Origin: Lama glama
Taxonomy: Eukaryota
Direction of reading: 5' to 3'
NCBI GenBank assembly: GCA_028534125.1
Contig: CM052817.1
Span: 41,046,001-41,110,000 of the forward strand
Length of the DNA stretch: 64,000 nt
Made by a program: the position numbers and the translations under genes. The notes beneath the pieces are model-generated. The model saw only the letters and a program-made list of their open reading frames with translations. It made no database searches and had not been told where the DNA came from. Each line of letters starts with the position of its first letter. Within the stretch, counting starts at the first letter, position 1. This document shows positions 61,111 through 64,000 of this stretch, one piece after another.

Positions 61111-63059
61111 AGTCGCTGGTTGCCTCATGCAAAAGCATCTTTGCTCTCGTTAGGTACTGGCTCCTCCTCCTCACAGACCTTTGCTTCCTCATTCTTACAG
61201 AGACATCTTCTCTGACACATGGGATGAGCCCTGTGGCCCAAGAAGGCATGATAGGGGTGGGTGTGTGAAGAGGAGGAGACTTGGCTTTTCTTGGCCAAAA
61301 AATGTGATAAAATCTCTGCCAAGTTGCAAGCGGATGTGAATGGGAAGTCTTTCTTTTCCTTTCGGACTGCTCTCCATCAAGCAGATATAATTAAAGATGC
61401 CCTGGGTCAAAGACTTTACCTCACTTGGTTTATTCTTATCCAAATGTTCCTTTTTTACACGCAGAACAATATTCAGTCTGGCTCAGCCCGGAAACCTGTA
61501 CTCAGAAATAGATCCTCCTGAACATCATCAAAATGTTTCCTGCTTCTCTGGGCTGGACCAGCCCGGGGCCGCCTGACCGCAGTTATCGTGGCTCTGCCAG
61601 TCTCCTGTGCCCATTCACTTTGTCAGTCTATACTCATTTCCTGGCAGTATGAAGAGAAGGGTTTTTTTTTCCTGCAGCTCACATCCTCCCAGTTTCCAGA
61701 GGCAAGCGTGACTGCTATAAGTCCAATCGAATTTGCAATTCCCAGGGTAGCCTTATCACTGTTGTGCAAACACTGTCCTCCTGAAAACCTGTCTGGGGTG
61801 GCTTTCGATACTTCAGCGTCACCTAAGTCCGTGAGGTCAGAGTAGAAAAGCTCACTTTCCTCTGCACACAGTGCTGCCACGCCAGCATGGATTGGGCCTC
61901 GTCATGTCATGAAAGGGCTGCTCTTGTCTGAAGTGTCCCCCATGTTGGCGGCTGGGTCATCACTTAATACAGGAAATGAGCAAGTGGAAGTGGGGGGGGG
62001 TGGTTGTAAGTGTTCTCTGGTGGTTAAATGTCTTAAGTGTATACATAAGTGTGCCCATTCCTGTCATTTTCTGTCCTGGATCCCCCCTGTGAACACGGGA
62101 CAATGTCACAAGGCGTATGATGCAGATAATCACATGACGTGGTGCACAGACATACTGAGAGCTTGTCATCAAGAGGAGTGTTGATGACAAGCTGGTGAGG
62201 GCTCTGTTTCCCTCGTCCGGAGAGAGAAGCTGATGGGAGGGGGATTTCGGCATCCCAGCCTTGTCTGTCCGCACCGATGCAATCAGGTTTTGATAATTTA
62301 GAGGCTGTTTTTCCGCTCAGTGAATGATTTAGGGCCTTTTACTCTGTGATTGCCAGCACTTCTTTCCCAAGAAGAGCAGAGGGAGGGGAAATGAGATGAA
62401 ACTCCAACACGTCCATTTTCCAAGGCGTTGGCAGCTTTGCTGAGGGAGAATAACTTGCCTTGGAACGGTTTTGGGAGGAAGGATATTTACTGTATCTGAA
62501 TCACTCTGTTCCTTAGAGTTGACGCAGATGAAGAATTTTTTTAGAAACCCTGGAAGCTGGAACTCTCGTTCCTGTGCTCCAAGTCTAGGACGTCCCCGTC
62601 TCTGTGATGAAAGAGCTCGCCCAGCGCTGGGCGCCGTCGAACACACTGCTTCCTGAAACTCCTCCTCTTGTTTTCCTAGGCCTGAATCTTCTCACTTCTC
62701 TCCTACCTGTTGACACATCCTTCGCCTCCTTTGCTGGTTCCTACTTTTCCCACTCAGCCCGGTGATGGGGGAGCTGCCTTAGGATCCATAGTCACCACCC
62801 TTCTCTGCTCTGTCCTCTTCCCACTGCGATCCCACCCACTCCTCTGTCCTCACTCACACTTAGATCCTTTCCTGTCAGAAAACATCTCATTGCCTGCTGG
62901 GTATCAACATGCTCACTTCTAGCAGGCGTCTAGGCTTCGTTAGTCAACAAACTAAACTATGGTCCCTCCCCCGCCTCTGCACCACCCAGGCCCCCAGTCC
63001 TCACAAGTGCTTGTCATCACTAAGGATTTCCTTTTATTGCTCGTAGAGCAAAAATTGCT

Positions 63060-63600
63060 TCACATTCTTTGAGAAAAAAAAATCTGGAAGGCACAGTTCC
63101 AATGAAAAGTACATATACCCTTTAACCCAGCAATCCCACTTTTGGGTTCTCTTATTGAAATCAAGGCATGTCTCTACATGAGAGTATGGGGGGAGGGTAT
63201 AGCTCAATGGCAGAATGCGTGCTTAGCATGCACGAGGCTCTGGGTTCAATCCCCAGCATCTCCATTAATAACAACAACAAAAGTTTATAGGTAAGCATGT
63301 TTATTGTCCATAAGCTTGGGAACAACCTAAATGCCCTTCTGGGGAGAACAGATGACAGTGAATTATAGCCACTGCAGCTATTTGATGTGAAAAGATGTCC
63401 TTGGTGTATTCTGAAGTCAAAAAGCAACTTGCAAAGTAGTATGTATAATATTATCTAATTATTGTACCAACAAAACAAAAATAGAAAAGTCCTATATGTA
63501 TATATGTGTTGTGTGCTTGAAAGGACACGAGGAAGGCCATGGAAGGATATTCAGCAGACGGTTAGTATTGTTTCCCTGGGCGGGGCAGCAGCCAGGAGGG
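63060..63600 (+). mobile_element. old L1M 3' region, interrupted by a SINE
   Basis: catataccctttaacccagcaatcccacttttggg...ttgggaacaacctaaatgccc...aaaaagcaacttgcaaagtagtatgtata. Confidence 0.8.
63188..63283 (+). mobile_element. Vic-1-like tRNA-Ala SINE
   Basis: ggggggagggtatagctcaatggcagaatgcgtgcttagcatgcacgaggctctgggttcaatccccagcatctcc plus (AAC)n tail. Confidence 0.9.
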
Positions 63601-64000
63601 CTGAGCATGTGTTGCTTTTGTAATATTTGGAAAAATATTTAATTGCTCATCCTCCTGTATTTCTTGCTAGTCACTCAAGTAAGAATCTTAGCATCACCTA
63701 AGGCACCTCCTTCCCGCTTCCTGTTTCCAGTGAGTCATTGTTTTTGTGTTTGCATCCTCCACTAGATTATACATTTCACCGGGAGCCAGGAAGCGAGGGC
63801 CTTCTGCATCGCACTTGGCATATATCGCTCAGTATATGATTATTGATGTGAAATGAAGGTTTCCGTGTCATTGCTCCATATTTCTATTATGTATATATCT
63901 CTAGGTTTTTATTTCTAACTCAGCATGATACCAGTGCTTTGATCAAAACCCTCAATGCACATCCCCTTCTTCCACCCCTGCTCTGGAAAATATGCCCTTG

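Overview
Mammalian nuclear DNA, most likely from a camelid (camel, alpaca or llama lineage), judged from several tRNA-Ala-derived Vic-1-like SINEs and artiodactyl-type L1 3' ends. I found no recognisable protein-coding gene, RNA gene, CRISPR array or prokaryotic system. The ORF track is essentially chance ORFs; the one exception is an L1 ORF2 C-terminal remnant. Much of the window is transposon-derived: L2 and MIR, old L1M and younger L1 3' ends with target-site duplications (TSDs), MLT1 LTRs, hAT MITEs (MER5, MER58, MER63, MER53, MER20-like), a Tigger5/MER47 element and a fossil hAT-Charlie transposase. There are two assembly gaps. LTR orientation bias and several strong + strand splice-site pairs suggest a long intron of an unidentified + strand gene. 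The best lead is a frame-preserving 24-nt microexon candidate (34055-34078) with a long UGC/YGCY-rich pyrimidine tract, about 1 kb downstream of a 16-nt candidate. Other leads are a head-to-head SINE/L1 composite insertion and a possible L1 3' transduction. Repeat family names come from recalled consensus sequences, and boundaries are approximate unless fixed by TSDs.
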